NCBI RefSeq assembly: GCF_001194135.2
Contig: NC_069003.1
Span: 25,565,456 to 25,629,455 of the forward strand
Source: Octopus bimaculoides
Lineage: Eukaryota
Length of the DNA: 64,000 nucleotides
Reading direction: 5' to 3'
The position numbers and the translations under genes are program-made. How positions within the stretch are numbered: the stretch's first letter is position 1; each line of letters begins with the position of its first letter. Below the pieces are notes generated by a model. The model did no database searches, was not told where the DNA came from, and saw only the letters and a list, made by a program, of their open reading frames with translations. Positions 1 through 13,818 of this stretch are shown here, in pieces.

Positions 1-203
1 CTTCCTGTTTCTGTTGTACCTGTATTTCAAAGGGCCAGCCTTGTCACACTGTGTCACGCTGAATATCCCCGAGAACTACGTTAAGGGTACACGTGTCTGT
101 GGAGTGCTCAGCCACTTGCACGTTAATTTCACGAGCAGGCTGCTCCGTTGATCGGATCAACTGGAACCCTCGACGTCGTAAGCGATGGAGTGCCAACAAA
201 CAA
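1..203 (+). mobile_element. 3' part of SINE family D (truncated by window edge)
   Basis: Reverse complement of 23030-23225. Confidence 0.8.
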
Positions 204-290
204 TACAAATATGAGAAAAAAAAGAAAAAAAGTCATAGATATAACTTTTACTTTGGTCGGGTACAAAGCAGCAGAAATATGTCAGCTTAC

Positions 291-409
291 CTCTGTGAAA
301 TAAAACCTGTCAACAGCACCCATGAAGTAGGTATCTTTATCAACTTTCAAATTTTCACTGTACACAACTGTACACTTGCCTGAAACGGTCTTGAAATCTA
401 CAGTGACCT
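291..409 (-). CDS. DNMT1: DNMT1 exon 27 ([21 protein letters not shown]...DRFYFTE), 119 nt
   Basis: CAG/GTAAGC borders; GKCxV and RFYFxE motifs at the end of BAH2. Confidence 0.94.
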
Positions 410-3400
410 CTGTGAGAAAAGAAAGGGAAAATTTTGAAGATTAGTGTCAAATTATTCTATTGAATGTAATACTTATCTATTCACACTGTTTTGAATTTAT
501 CCTGCGTTATCTCGTAGCCTTGCAATTTTGATTATGTCTCTTTTACTCTTTTACTTGTTTCAGTCATTTGACTGTGGCCATGCTGGAGCACCGCCTTTAG
601 TCGAGCAAATCGACCCCAGGACATATTCTTTGTAAGCCTTGTACTTATTCTATCGGTCTCTTTTGCTGAACCGCTAAGTTACGGGCATGTAAACACACCG
701 GCATCGGTTGTCAAGTGATGTTGGGGGGGGGGGGACAAACACAGACACACACATATATATATATATACATATACATAGGATGGGCTTCTTTCAGTTTCCA
801 TCTACCAAATCCATTCACAAGGCTTTGGTCGGCCCGAGGCTATAGTAGAAGACACTTGCCCAAGGTGCCACACAGTGGGACTGAACTCCGAACCATGTGG
901 TTCGTAAGCATGCTACTTACCACACAGCCACTCCTGCGCCTGTATATTTTTTAGGCTAACAATGTAGAGTAGGTGTGAGAGGCAGGATCTGGCCAGTTTA
1001 AACGCTAAAGGGTTAATGAAGTACAGTATGTTGCTGTTCAGGTCTAGGTCAGTCATAACTGAACAAACCTATTATCAATGTCATTTCAGCCATGTCCTTG
1101 CCTTTTCTGCAGACTAGTCCTTGTCATTGTCTCGTGGAAGTGATGACAAGTGACTGAGGCCTCTGGTGATTTGCTAGGCTTGAGAAGGCAAGTCAAGCTA
1201 CATGAAATCATGGTTGTGATCACTGCCAATGATACATGAAAGGTACCTGTGCCAGTGACATGTAAAAGACACCCAGTACAGTCTGTGGGGTGGTTGACAT
1301 TAGAAAGGGCATCCGGCCATAGAAACCAGGCCAAAACAGACTGGACCCAGGTGCAGCTATCTGGCTGAAAAGCTCTGGTCAAACTGTCAAACCCATGCCA
1401 GTAATAGAAAAAAGATGCTAAATGATGATGATGATGATGATGATGAATCCTTCCTTTTTTTTAAAGCCAGTGAAGTGCGATGAGGGAAATCTGACTGCTA
1501 TGTCTTGCAATCACTTAACTCTCCCTTGTGGGTTTGTGATTATAATAAAGTGTGGTGTCAGTGTAATTATATAATATCATCAATTTAAATCCACTTTCCA
1601 TGCTGTGATTGGTTGAAGGGGTTGATATGATCCAAACTAGTCATTCAAAGTTACTACACTCCCCACCAAACAGGTTGAAGAACCCATTTCTCTATTGTAG
1701 AGTTCATTTTTGGTTTGACTTCTATGGCTAAATGCTTTTCTTAACATCAGCCACTCAACAAAATTACAGAGAAATGACCAGGACACATTCGTCTTGGCAT
1801 CAGCACGAGAAGTTGCCGTGTTTGCAGCAAGACAAAAAAGAGTCCTCACCACCTCACTACACTACATTGTCTGTGTATATATCCCAAGCTCCACTAGATA
1901 TGTGATGCCAGTGTGCATGTGCGACAGAGCACTGGTGTATTGAGAGAACTGTTGGGCATAAGAGGAATTATATGCAATGTGCAAGAGACTGGGCTGGTTT
2001 GGTCATGTGATGCAAATGGATGAGGGCAGTTACATAAGGAAGTATCAATCATATAAATAGAGGGACGTTGTAGAAGAGGGAGACCCAGGAAGACATGGGA
2101 CAAAGTATTGGGGGCTGATTCAAAACACTGAGCCTTACAAAGGAGATAACAGAGGATTAAGATATGAGGTGCATTACTATACTCAAGAAGAGCCACCCAC
2201 CACAACAGAATCAAGATCCTAAAGCCAAGGTGCCATGTAAAAAGCATTGGTGTGTGTGCAGTGCCACATAAAAAGCACCCAGTACACTCTGTAAAGTTGT
2301 TGGCGTTAGGAACAACATCCAGTTGTAGAAACAAAACCAAAACAGACTATGGAACCTGGTGTGGCCCATGACCTTGCCATTTCATGTCAAACCATCAAAC
2401 CTATGCCAGCTTGTTAAATGTTGATGATGTCTCACAAGGAGTTGTGTCTACATGGTATGATGGTCTCAACTGACATGAACATGCATAAAAGGAAGCCACT
2501 ATGTATGATCTTTAATTAACCATGGAGAATAAGATTCAAAGTGCTTTAATCATCTAAATGAACCTACCTTCGTTGCTCCAATAAAGGACGTTTAGATCTG
2601 CCTGGTAGGAAGCTGCTGGACCTTTGTGAGTGTTTTCTGGTCTGAAAAAGAGAAATGATAGGTTAAAGCTTATAATAAAAATCAACAATGGGTTAAAGGT
2701 TATTGTGTAGGCCAATGATGGTTGTTGGACTCATGATTGTAAGATTGTAGTCTCGATTCCTGGACTGAGCAATGCATTGTGTTCTTAACCCTTTAGTGTT
2801 CAGATTGCTCTGTTAAATGTAATACTTTTTCACTCAAATTGTTTTGAATTAATCATGCATTATCTTATAGCTTTGAGGTTTCAATGATGTGATTGTTTAT
2901 TTTTAGAATGACAATGTAGGTTAGGTGTGAGAGGCTAGATATCGCCAGTTTGAATATAAAACATGTAGAATATATTGGTCTGGATATGGCCGGTTTAAAC
3001 ACTAAAGGGTTAAATAAGACACTTCATTTCATGTTGCTCCGGTCTACTCAACTGGCAAGCATGAATAATCATGTGATGGGCCAGCATCCTGTCCAGTGGA
3101 GAATATATGCACCACAGAAACTGGGAAACTGGCCCCATGAGTCTATGACCTGGAAAGGATCTTTATCTTTTCTATCTATAGGTCAAGGATGGGTCAAAGG
3201 TTACTGTGTAGATCAAAGGTCAATAACAGGCCAAACGTGATCGTATAGGCCAACAAGTGCCATTCCAAACTATACAGCCATGTTCTTAACTCAATTGTAC
3301 TTGGCATTACATCACATATTCAACCACCACCACCACCACTACTTTTAATGTCAAGTTGTGTGTGTATGCATATGTGAATAATGATGTCTCATACCGTGTC

Positions 3401-6400
3401 TGATTAAATAATAAGATGGTTATGGTTGACACATCTTTGATCATAGACCCAACATTCCAATCAGGGCTGATGTGCAGACTAAACAACAACAAATAAAAAA
3501 AAAAGTTCTTTCTTACCTATAAAATTTATTGATTTTAATTTTGATGTCAGTGAGATCCATAAGACGACTGTTGTTAACCTTCCGGCAGAAGATTTCTGTG
3601 ATCCGACCAATATGGAAAGGTTGGGGGACGTACTCATTTGAGCCTTTGATGTAATCGGAAGATTTCCGGTATGCTTCTGTGTAAGCGTCATCATCAAACT
3701 GTCAAAAGAAAAATACAATTTTTTTTTTACATTTTTTGTTTTCATCATCAGCATTTAACATCTGTTTTCCATGCTGGTATGGGTTGAACGGTTTGACAGG
3801 AGCTGGGAAGTTGGAGGGCTACACCAGACTCCAGTCATCTGTTTTGACATGGTTTTTATGGCTGGATGCCCTTCTCAACGCCAGCCACTTCACAGAAAGG
3901 TGCCAGCATGAGTGCCTTCTATGTGGTGCCAGCATTGGTGCCTTTTATGTGGCACCTGCACGGGCCTTTTGATGTGATGCCGGCATGGGTGCTTTATACA
4001 TGACTGACACAGATGCTTTGTATGTGGCACCAGTACCCAGGGGGGTCACCATACAGCTTGGAACTAAGAGGAGTTGCTGTGAGTCAGGCAAAATTGTTGA
4101 TTAAGTGGTTGGCATCTCTCATTTCCAATATTGTCATGACATTACAGAGACTAAAAATGATTTTACTCTGTGATATATGAGTAGAGTTCAAGAAAGATAT
4201 AGAAATAAACACAGATGTTAGTCAAAGAATACAGCACAATTCAAAGACTCAACCATCAACAAAAATCAGTAAAATCATTAGCTTATCAGACAAAATACCT
4301 TGCAGTATTTAGTTATGTCTCTTTATATTCTGAGTTCGAATCCCACTAAGGTTACCTTAACCATGTCATTCTGGAATTCATAACATAAATACCAGACAAA
4401 TTCTATCATCAACTTTCATATAATTTTTTTTTCCAGTCCTCTCTAATACAACTTTTGTCATTTGCTGTGTTCCTTTGTCATCTCTTTTATAGGGTTCAAC
4501 TTTGTGAGATCAGCCTTCATCACTTTTGCCCACTTCTTGGCACTTATAGTATTTATCAACCCTTCAGAGGTGAATGGGAAACAAAACTCCTGCAGGATTT
4601 GAACTTGAAATAAAAAATGGATGTAATTAAAAACTTACCTCGCGTTTTTCTGTCTTGGGTTTCTTTTGTGGGACATGTTTAACATTAAAAGAGAAAGCAC
4701 TAGGTTCCACATAACAACAGTCCCCTAATTTATACTCAATACTGTCCCTTTTCACTGACTTATAGTACAGCCGGCTACTCTCTTTGCTGCCATTCTCCAG
4801 TTGTTCTCCAAGACATGGGGTCTCTTTCTGTAAAACAATAACAGATATTAGAGTTGTGTTAATGGTGGTGATGTACAAATTTAATTTCTGGCCATAATGG
4901 AGCACCCAGTGGGTACAACGTTCATCAGTGAACTACAATGCTGCTGTTACTTTCCTTTAGTTAAAAAAAAAAAAACGTACCTTCCGTAAAGTCTCTAGTC
5001 GGGAGCAGCTGGAACAAAACTTGTAGGAGTTTATTTCTGAAGGGTTTGGATCTTTGGGAATATCTTCAAACCTGGCTAATTCTGGGTCATACCTGGCAAT
5101 AAGATGAAACGAAGGAGGAAAGAAGTAGTGATGAGGTTTTCAGCAGAAATGGATGTCAATGATTTCAAGAGTGCAACAATCGTTTATGTCCCTAACTGAG
5201 TAAGGAGTCAAGCCATAACTACCTTGTATTGTTTTCCATAAATACTGTCTCTTGGTTACTATCCAATGTTAGTTACTGGTACACGAAATAGTATTATTTA
5301 GACAATGGAAACCTTTCCTTCCTTGGGCCCCCAATTCCTGACGGAGTTGTAAGGGCACTGTCTTTACATATGCCATATTGAGAATATTTTAAACCTAGCA
5401 GTGTCTGTTTCTCTCCAAGTGAGAATATAACAGATTTTTCTTCCAGAGAGAAAGAGTCAAGAAGAATCAACTCCCTGTACCGGATTAGTACTTTATTTAT
5501 TGACCTGGAAAGGACCTTAGATTTGAACTTGTTTGTCAAGAGTAAATATCACAAGGCATTCAAGCCAACACACTAACAACCCTGCCAATTTTGCTACCTA
5601 ATGGTGGAAGTATGCAGCTACATCATCATCATTTCAACAAATTCATAAAGTCTTTCCTCAAGTTTATCAATGCATCAAAAATATGATAGATCTATCTATC
5701 TATCTATCTATTTCCTCATCATTATCATTTAATGCTCATGTTCCATGCTGGCAGGGGTTGGACAATCAGACAGGATCTGAAAAGATGGAAGACTGCATCG
5801 GGGTCCAGTGTCTGCTTTGTCATGGTTCCTACAGCTGGCGCCATGTTAAAAGAGCTGGTGCTACATAAAAAGCACCCAGTACATTCTGTGGAGTGGTTGG
5901 CATTAGGAAGGGCACTCAGCCATAGAAACCATTCCTGAATAGACAACGGAGACTGGTGCAGCCCCTGCCCTTACCAGCTCCAGTCAAATCGTCCAACCCA
6001 TGCCAGCATGGAAAACGGAGGATAAATGATGCCTTTTCTAATATCAACCACTTTACTAGGTGATTTTTTTTTTTTGTGCCTCCAGCACCTCATGAAGTCG
6101 CCATGCAGCTTGCAAGACTATGAAACTTGAAGGGAGGCTGATTTTAGGCAAGTACATAAAGGATTAACCCTTTAGCATTTACTCTGGCTATATCTGGCCT
6201 AAATATTTTACCGATTTTATCTTCAAACAGGCCAAATCTAACCTCATACACCTATCTTATCAGGTCATTCAAAAAAAAAAAACATTACATTGTCAAAATC
6301 TTGAAGCTACATGATAATGCATGATTAATTCAAAACAATGAATAAATAAGCATTACATTTGTCAGGGTAATCTGAATGCTAAGGGGTTAAAGCATGAAGG

Positions 6401-8192
6401 AAGGAGACAGAAGAGGTTTCTTGTTGCAGAGGAGCTAAATGGCCACTCATGTTTAGAAGAGAGGATTTATTCAGGAATATATGCTTGTGTAATGAGTGAA
6501 GCATCCAGATGACACTGTAAAGTGACTGGCATTTGGAAGGGTATACAGCTACAAAAACCATGCCAAAATAGGACTCACTGGTGCTGGTGCCATGTAAAAA
6601 GCACTCAGTCCACTCTGTAAGGTGGTTGACATTAGGAAGGGCATCCAACTGTAAAAATCTTGCCAAAACAGACAGTGAAGCCTGGTGCAGTCTTTTGGTT
6701 TGCCAGCTCCTGTTAAACTGTCCAACCCATCCCAGCATGGAAAACTGATGTTGAATGACACTGATGCTGATGATGTGCATAGACATACACACACACTTGT
6801 ATGGAAAGAACAGATAATAATTAAATTACATCTATATCAATAATCTCTCCACAAAATCATCACCACTACCATCTGCATTTTGGGTCAGATCAATATTATT
6901 TTGAGTGGATATTCTTTGAGAAAGCTAAACCCACCACTGGACACTATTTTCAATCGTAAAAAATCATTTTATACTGGTGAATGAAGTTGCTGAGCTTAAC
7001 CACATAGAAGAGACATATGGTGAATGTAGAATGGTCAGTGCTGAGTGGACAAAATGTCATATGCTGTGAAATACTCCCCACACCTGTATGGAAATAGATG
7101 AGATGATAAAGCACATTCCTAGCTTTCTACAATCAAGCTACAACTAGAAATATTGAAAAGAAAATTCTCTAAAGTATACCAAAAACTCACCATTTTTGGT
7201 AATAAAATGTCTTGGAATCATTGTTATTGAAGTTAGTGTCCTCATCAGTTCCACCTAGCATGGCCCAGTTAGAGGGGATGGATTTGTACACCACCTGAAA
7301 CAACAGAACCATTTATGTTTACATGGAATTCCTTCAAGACAGTAACACTTTGACAACTGTATCTCTCTCTCTTTACACACACATATATATATAGCAAATT
7401 GAAAATAAAAACACAAACAACAAAAGTCAAAATGCTGTACACAGTGAATGTATTAGTTTGATGTTTGACACTCAGTTTAAGATGGGAAAAAAGAGGGGGG
7501 GGGGTGACGTTTTGAGCATGGTTCTTCATTAGAAAGAAGGAGGAAAGGTCCGGAGAAAAGAAGATGAATAGTCCAAGAAAAACGCAATACATACAGCAGT
7601 ACTAATAACTGCAGGCATGGATATGTGGTTAAGAATTTCACTTCACAGCTACATGGCTTCAGGTTCAATTCCACTACGTAGTACCTTAGATAAGTGTCTT
7701 CTATCAAAGCTTCACATTGAGAAAAGACTTCTGAGTGAAATCTGGGAAACAGAAACTCTAAGAAAGTCCACTGGAGGGACCATTCTCGTTTTTGTGTCAT
7801 AGACATAATTTGTTGCCCTGCTTAATGCCATCACCTGGTCATTGGGTGTCTTTAGTAGAGGAGGGTCTGTTGCCAACATTCAATCCAGGGTCCAGTCTGA
7901 GGCAAATTCTACAACTACACAACTATTCATGTACAGACAACATCATCATCATCGTTTAACGTCCGCTTTCCATGCTAGCATGGGTTGGACGATTTGACTG
8001 AGGACTGGTGAAACCAGGTGGTTACACCAGGCTCCAATCTGATTTGGCAGAGTTTCTACAGCTGGATGCCCTTCCTAACGCCAACCACTCCGAGAGTGTA
8101 GTGGGTACTTTTACGTGCCACCAGCACGAAGGCCAGTCAGGCGGTACTGGCAACGGCCATGCTCAAAATGGTGTATTTTATGTGCCAGATGA

Positions 8193-8236
<44 letters not shown>

Positions 8237-11200
8237 TACAGCTACATATATGTATGCATGGATATATTTGTAGTTGTACATATTCTGCTAATATATAAAT
8301 AGTAAAATAAATTAAAGAGACATATAAAAAGTACAATTTATTTTTTAATTAAAAACTAAATTAAAAGCAAATTTCCAAACTCACATTAACTTTACTGATT
8401 GTATATTCAAGGCAAGAGTCTTCACAGTCGTCAACCAAAAATAGTTCAAAAGGATCTGCCGTTTCTCCCAAGATTGTGTCGGATCCTCGACTAAATACAT
8501 TTCAAATAAAAAAAGGAAAGAAACAATTAATTACTTTGTTAATTAGCGATATTTTATAGAGAGAGCAGAAGAGAAATCTCTAAATTTAGTTACAAACAGG
8601 TATTTTATTTTAATGCAGTAGTAGTGGTGGTGGTGTCTGGATTTAAATTCTATGTTTTCATTTTTTTTAGTGAATGGAATCTCACATGAAGTTTCTATCT
8701 TCACCAGTATCCAGTAGATCATCCAACCAGGCTTTAATTCTCTAAGAAACAACCCGAGAGAGAGAGGGAAAGAGAGACAGACAGACAGAAACATACCTTG
8801 ACTGCCACACTTTACAACATACATTTAACCACTTTCATGCATTGCACAGTTTTCAACTAGACAAAGATATAGTGTTAACAGAACTATATGCAAAAATTGC
8901 ATCAAGACAGAGGCATGGTGTTAACAGAGTTATGAAAGTAGAGATTGCAGCAAGACAGATGTATGACATTAATAGAGCTATGACTAAAGATTGCACTGTT
9001 CAACCAAGGACTATTTGATCGAGAGTCACCCAGAACTGCCCTGCAGCAACTTTGGATTTGGTTCCTTAGAGAAGCACAAATCTGGTTTCTAAGGTTGTTA
9101 TAAAAAGCATAAATGCTCCCCACTTAACATCCACTAATATGTACACACACATACATACAAACACACAAATACATCACCACCACCACCACCACCACACTTT
9201 TAGTTATCTGAGCAAGGCTAAAAGCTAGTGGCATGGTAGAAACGAGTAAGCCATAGACTAAATACCAATCTAATAAATATTAGACTAAATAAATATTTAG
9301 TTTAGTTTTATCCAAATACTGTATTTTTGGTCATACAAGTCGAATTTTTCACACCAAAATTTACTGCCAAAAATGTAGGTCAACTTAAACACCAAAACGA
9401 CTTTGGAGTACCAAAAATTCCAAGAGAAATGCAGCAGAATTGGAAAGATAGTGATGATGTTTGAATATTAACACTATATACAATGTTGACTTGCATGCTG
9501 GATGTTGTGATTTTAAGTAATTATGTAGATTATAGAAAGGCTTTCTGATGTATTTTATAGTTCTCAGATACACCTGTGTGATTACCTAAAATAGCCTTAG
9601 AATTTTAACCCATTTCATCTGACTTAGTGCATTTAAATCATAATAAAGAGTTATTAGAATATTAAATGGAAAGTAAAAATGAGTGAATTCAATATTATCC
9701 AGGCAAATATATTGATTCATTTGTTTAAATATGTAGACTCTTTTTTTGTTTGAGTATGTGGACTTGTGCTGGATATTAATAGTGTATATTCGTATCTTAC
9801 TGAATAAGTATAAATTAAGGTGTGTATATTGTTTTCAAGTACTGGTCAAATTGTAAGCAAGCAAAAGCCTAAGTTCACTGCTTTCTTTTTCGAACTGTCG
9901 GTATACTTTACTGGAATAAATGGTATGTCCAGAGTTCAAATTTGGTCAAAGTTTATATTGCCTTGTTTTTCTAGGACTCATGCAATAAGTATCCCTAATT
10001 TGCTATTCACCCCTTTGTCATCGTGTCTCTATAAATAATTTTTAAAAGATGTTATTATTACCAGAACCATAATGCATGGAACTTCTTCTCTTTGAACTTG
10101 TCTTCCCACATGTAGGCCACCTTCGCTATATACATCGGCACAGTTGGGTTGGCAGGTTTCACAGCCACACAGTCTCCGACACACACCTGTTAGTAACAAA
10201 CAACATGATGGAGAGGAAATATTCGTTTTAAAAGGAATCTTTGAACTCTAACAAGGAAAGAAAATTAAAACAGAGAGAAAAAAAAACATGAAGAAATTCA
10301 TTTATTGTTGGTTCCATTAATTTTTAGGAAGAATTGTGGGAAATAGAGAAAAATATACAAAATAATGGAGTTTAGGTGTAGGTAAGAGATAGGCATAGAA
10401 GTGTGTGTGGTGATGTGTATGTATGGGTTAAGAGAGTGTGTGTGTGTGTGCATGGTGTGGAGTGTGTGTATGTATGGTGAAGAGTGTGTGTGTGTGTGTG
10501 TGTATGTTGAGGAGTGTGTGTGTGTATGGTGAAGAGTGTGTGTGTGTGTGTGTATGGTGAGGAGTGTGTGTGTGTGTATGGTGAGGATGTGTGTGTGTGT
10601 ATGGTGAGGATGTGTGTGTGTGTGTGTNNNNNNNNNNNNNNNNNNNNNNNNNNNNNNNNNNNNNNNNNNNNNNNNNNNNNNNNNNNNNNNNNNNNNNNNN
10701 NNNNNNNNNNNNNNNNNNNNNNNNNNNNNNNNNNNNNNNNNNNNNNNNNNNNNNNNNNNNNNNNNNNNNNNNNNNNNNNNNNNNNNNNNNNNNNNNNNNN
10801 NNNNNNNNNNNNNNNNNNNNNNNNNNNNNNNNNNNNNNNNNNNNNNNNNNNNNNNNNNNNNNNNNNNNNNNNNNNNNNNNNNNNNNNNNNNNTGAAGAGT
10901 GTGTGTGTGTGTGTATGGTGAGGATGTGTGTGTATATGTGTTTGGCATGGAGTGTGTGTATGTATGGTGAAGAGTGTGTGTGTATGGTGAGAAGTGTGTG
11001 TGTTTGGCATGGAGTGTGTGTGTGTGTGTGTGTGTGTATGGTGAGGATGTGTGTGTATATGTGTGTTTGGCATGGAGTGTGTGTGTATGGCAAGGAGTGT
11101 GTGTCTGCATGGCGCAGAGCATGTGCATGCACGGTGCGGAGTGCGCGCATGCATGCACATATGGTGTGGAGCATATAAGTGCATGGTGCAGAGCATGTGC

Positions 11201-13783
11201 ATGTATGCTGTGGAGTGTGTGCATGTATGGCGTGTTGTGTGTGTATGCATGATATGGAGTGTGTATGGTGTGGAGAGTGTGTGTGTATGGTGTGGAGTGT
11301 GTGTACATGTGCATATGCATGGTGTGTGTTTGTGTGTTGTGAGTGCTGAGAGATGAACTGTCGTAAACTAAGTCTTCTGAGTGCAAAAAAACAAAAAGAG
11401 AAACCTCTTGCCAACCACTCACCTCTTTACCATTTATGTTCACAGCATTGTAATAAATATTTGTGGGTGTCGTTTTGACAGGTTCTCCAACCCATTCCAG
11501 TTTGGTCTATAAAATAAACACACAAAAAAAAAAAAATAAAACATATATATTCTTTTACATGCCTCAGCCCTCAGGCTGTGGCCATGCCAGGGCACACACA
11601 CACAGAACATATATATNNNNNNNNNNNNNNNNNNNNNNNNNNNNNNNNNNNNNNNNNNNNNNNNNNNNNNNNNNNNNNNNNNNNNNNNNNNNNNNNNNNN
11701 NNNNNNNNNNNNNNNNNNNNNNNNNNNNNNNNNNNNNNNNNNNNNNNNNNNNNNNNNNNNNNNNNNNNNNNNNNNNNNNNNNNNNNNNNNNNNNNNNNNN
11801 NNNNNNNNNNNNNNNNNNNNNNNNNNNNNNNNNNNNNNNNNNNNNNNNNNNNNNNNNNNNNNNNNNNNNNNNNNNNNNNNNNNNNNNNNNNNNNNNNNNN
11901 NNNNNNNNNNNNNNNNNNNNNNNNNNNNNNNNNNNNNNNNNNNNNNNNNNNNNNNNNNNNNNNNNNNNNNNNNNNNNNNNNNNNNNNNNNNNNNNNNNNN
12001 NNNNNNNNNNNNNNNNNNNNNNNNNNNNNNNNNNNNNNNNNNNNNNNNNNNNGAGAGAAAGCAAGATGTGAGACGAGAGAGAGTGAAATACTGAGATGTA
12101 AGAGAGAGAGTGTGAGTGAGTAAAGTAAGAAAGCAATGAAGATGATATAGAAACTTACCTTGGTGTTTCTACTTGCCACATGACGGATTGGTTTTTCTGA
12201 GTCATCTCCTTTCTGGAAGGGAAGAAAAGAGAATATCTCGGTACTTGCTCCACATGCTTGAATGAATATATATATATATATATATATATATAACTATATG
12301 AGACTAGTTATATATCTATTAGAATGTCAATTAAAGCACATTCCCCATTTGAGCTACCTGATGTCATCCACAGTTACAATATAATTTTCACTGGATCTAC
12401 ATCAGCAAATCCGCAGTGTTTGTCGACAGAACTACATAAAAAAATGTTTATTCCCCAGAGAAACAAAGGTCCACCCATCAACATACAACAACCACTGATG
12501 TGCTGCATCCTCTTGTCACCTCAACTGTCCCCCACATTGGATTCTGCTCTCAGAGCTGCAATGTTTTTTTGGGTTTTTTTCTCCAACCACTGAAGATAAA
12601 TATGAACTCAAGAGACAGAGAGAAAAGAAAAACTATTAAAAGGTTTTAAAAGGTTCCCCACTTTCCCAGCCAAAACACATTAGCAAGGGCTGACATAACA
12701 GTCACATCAACTTCTTCAACACTGAAGTCAAAGGATGAACGGCAGGGGGGATCCTGTGGATATTCATTGGACTCCTTTTAGTGTGATCCCTTGGAAGAAA
12801 TCTGAATTTCATCCAAAAAATTGTACTTTTATTGATCAAAACACAAGTCATTAAAAATATTAGATTGTGTCAGTGTTAGGGTTATAAAGGATCCCAGCCT
12901 GCCACACATTCTAATTCCATTCCCTTACTGTCCTAGTTGAACAACTCTAGTGTTGGGGCCACAATAACAACATCAGGATAAGGTTAACTTTGGAGCAGGA
13001 GGTGGGGAGGAAAAGAAGGCATCTAAGACACTATCCAGTTTAACACTACTGTAAACTGGGTACTTCTTGGGTACCCTTAATGGAATTTACTGTATTGCAT
13101 AATTTCAGACAGGACCTATGAATCTTTCAGACCATGGTTTCTGCAGGCATTTGCTAAATAGACATTTGGGGCTGGGTCTCAGTCACACTGATTTCATAAA
13201 TATGACCCTTCTTCTCTGATTAATTTACAAATACAAAACATAACAAATACCTTTACAATATTTTCATCATCATCACTTTGGATTTCATCTTCATCAGCTT
13301 CAGCAACAGCAATGTTAGGACATCTTGTTAAAGATAAAGATTAAATAAATAAAATTTCTGTATCAGAAACTGAAAGCTTTGAGAAGGGAAATAGAAGTAA
13401 TAATCTTTTCTACTGGAATCACAAGGCCTCAAATTTGGGAGAAGAGATTAAGTCAATTACATCAACCCCGGTGTGTAAGTGGTACTTATTAACTGATCCT
13501 GAAAGGATGAAAGGCAAAGTCAACTTCACTAGAATTTGAACAGAGAACATAGCAGCAGATGAAATACCGCTAAGCATTTTGCCTGGTGTGTTAACGGTTC
13601 TGACAGCTTGCTGCCTTAATAATAATGATAACAATAATCTTTTCTACTGTAGGCACAAGGCCTGAAATGTTGGGGGGGGGGGNNNNNNNNNNCAGATTTT
13701 GAATTCAGAACATAAAGACAGATGAAATGCCACTAAGCATTTTGCCCAGCATACTAATGATTCTGCCAGTTTGCAAACAACAA

Positions 13784-13818
<35 letters not shown>

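Noticed and set aside
545-941. tRNA-gene-like A/B boxes in SINE heads
   Set aside because: No complete cloverleaf; they are heads of multi-copy SINEs, not tRNA genes.
8902-9123. ORF containing AVLGDS, a candidate for the BAH1 TVLG exon
   Set aside because: The true exon with [21 protein letters not shown] is at 8385-8490 and fits phase.
10298-11443. Long His/Thr-rich and Val/Cys-rich ORFs (up to 381 aa)
   Set aside because: Translations of (GT/CA)n satellite and N-runs; only 11423-11506 is a real exon.
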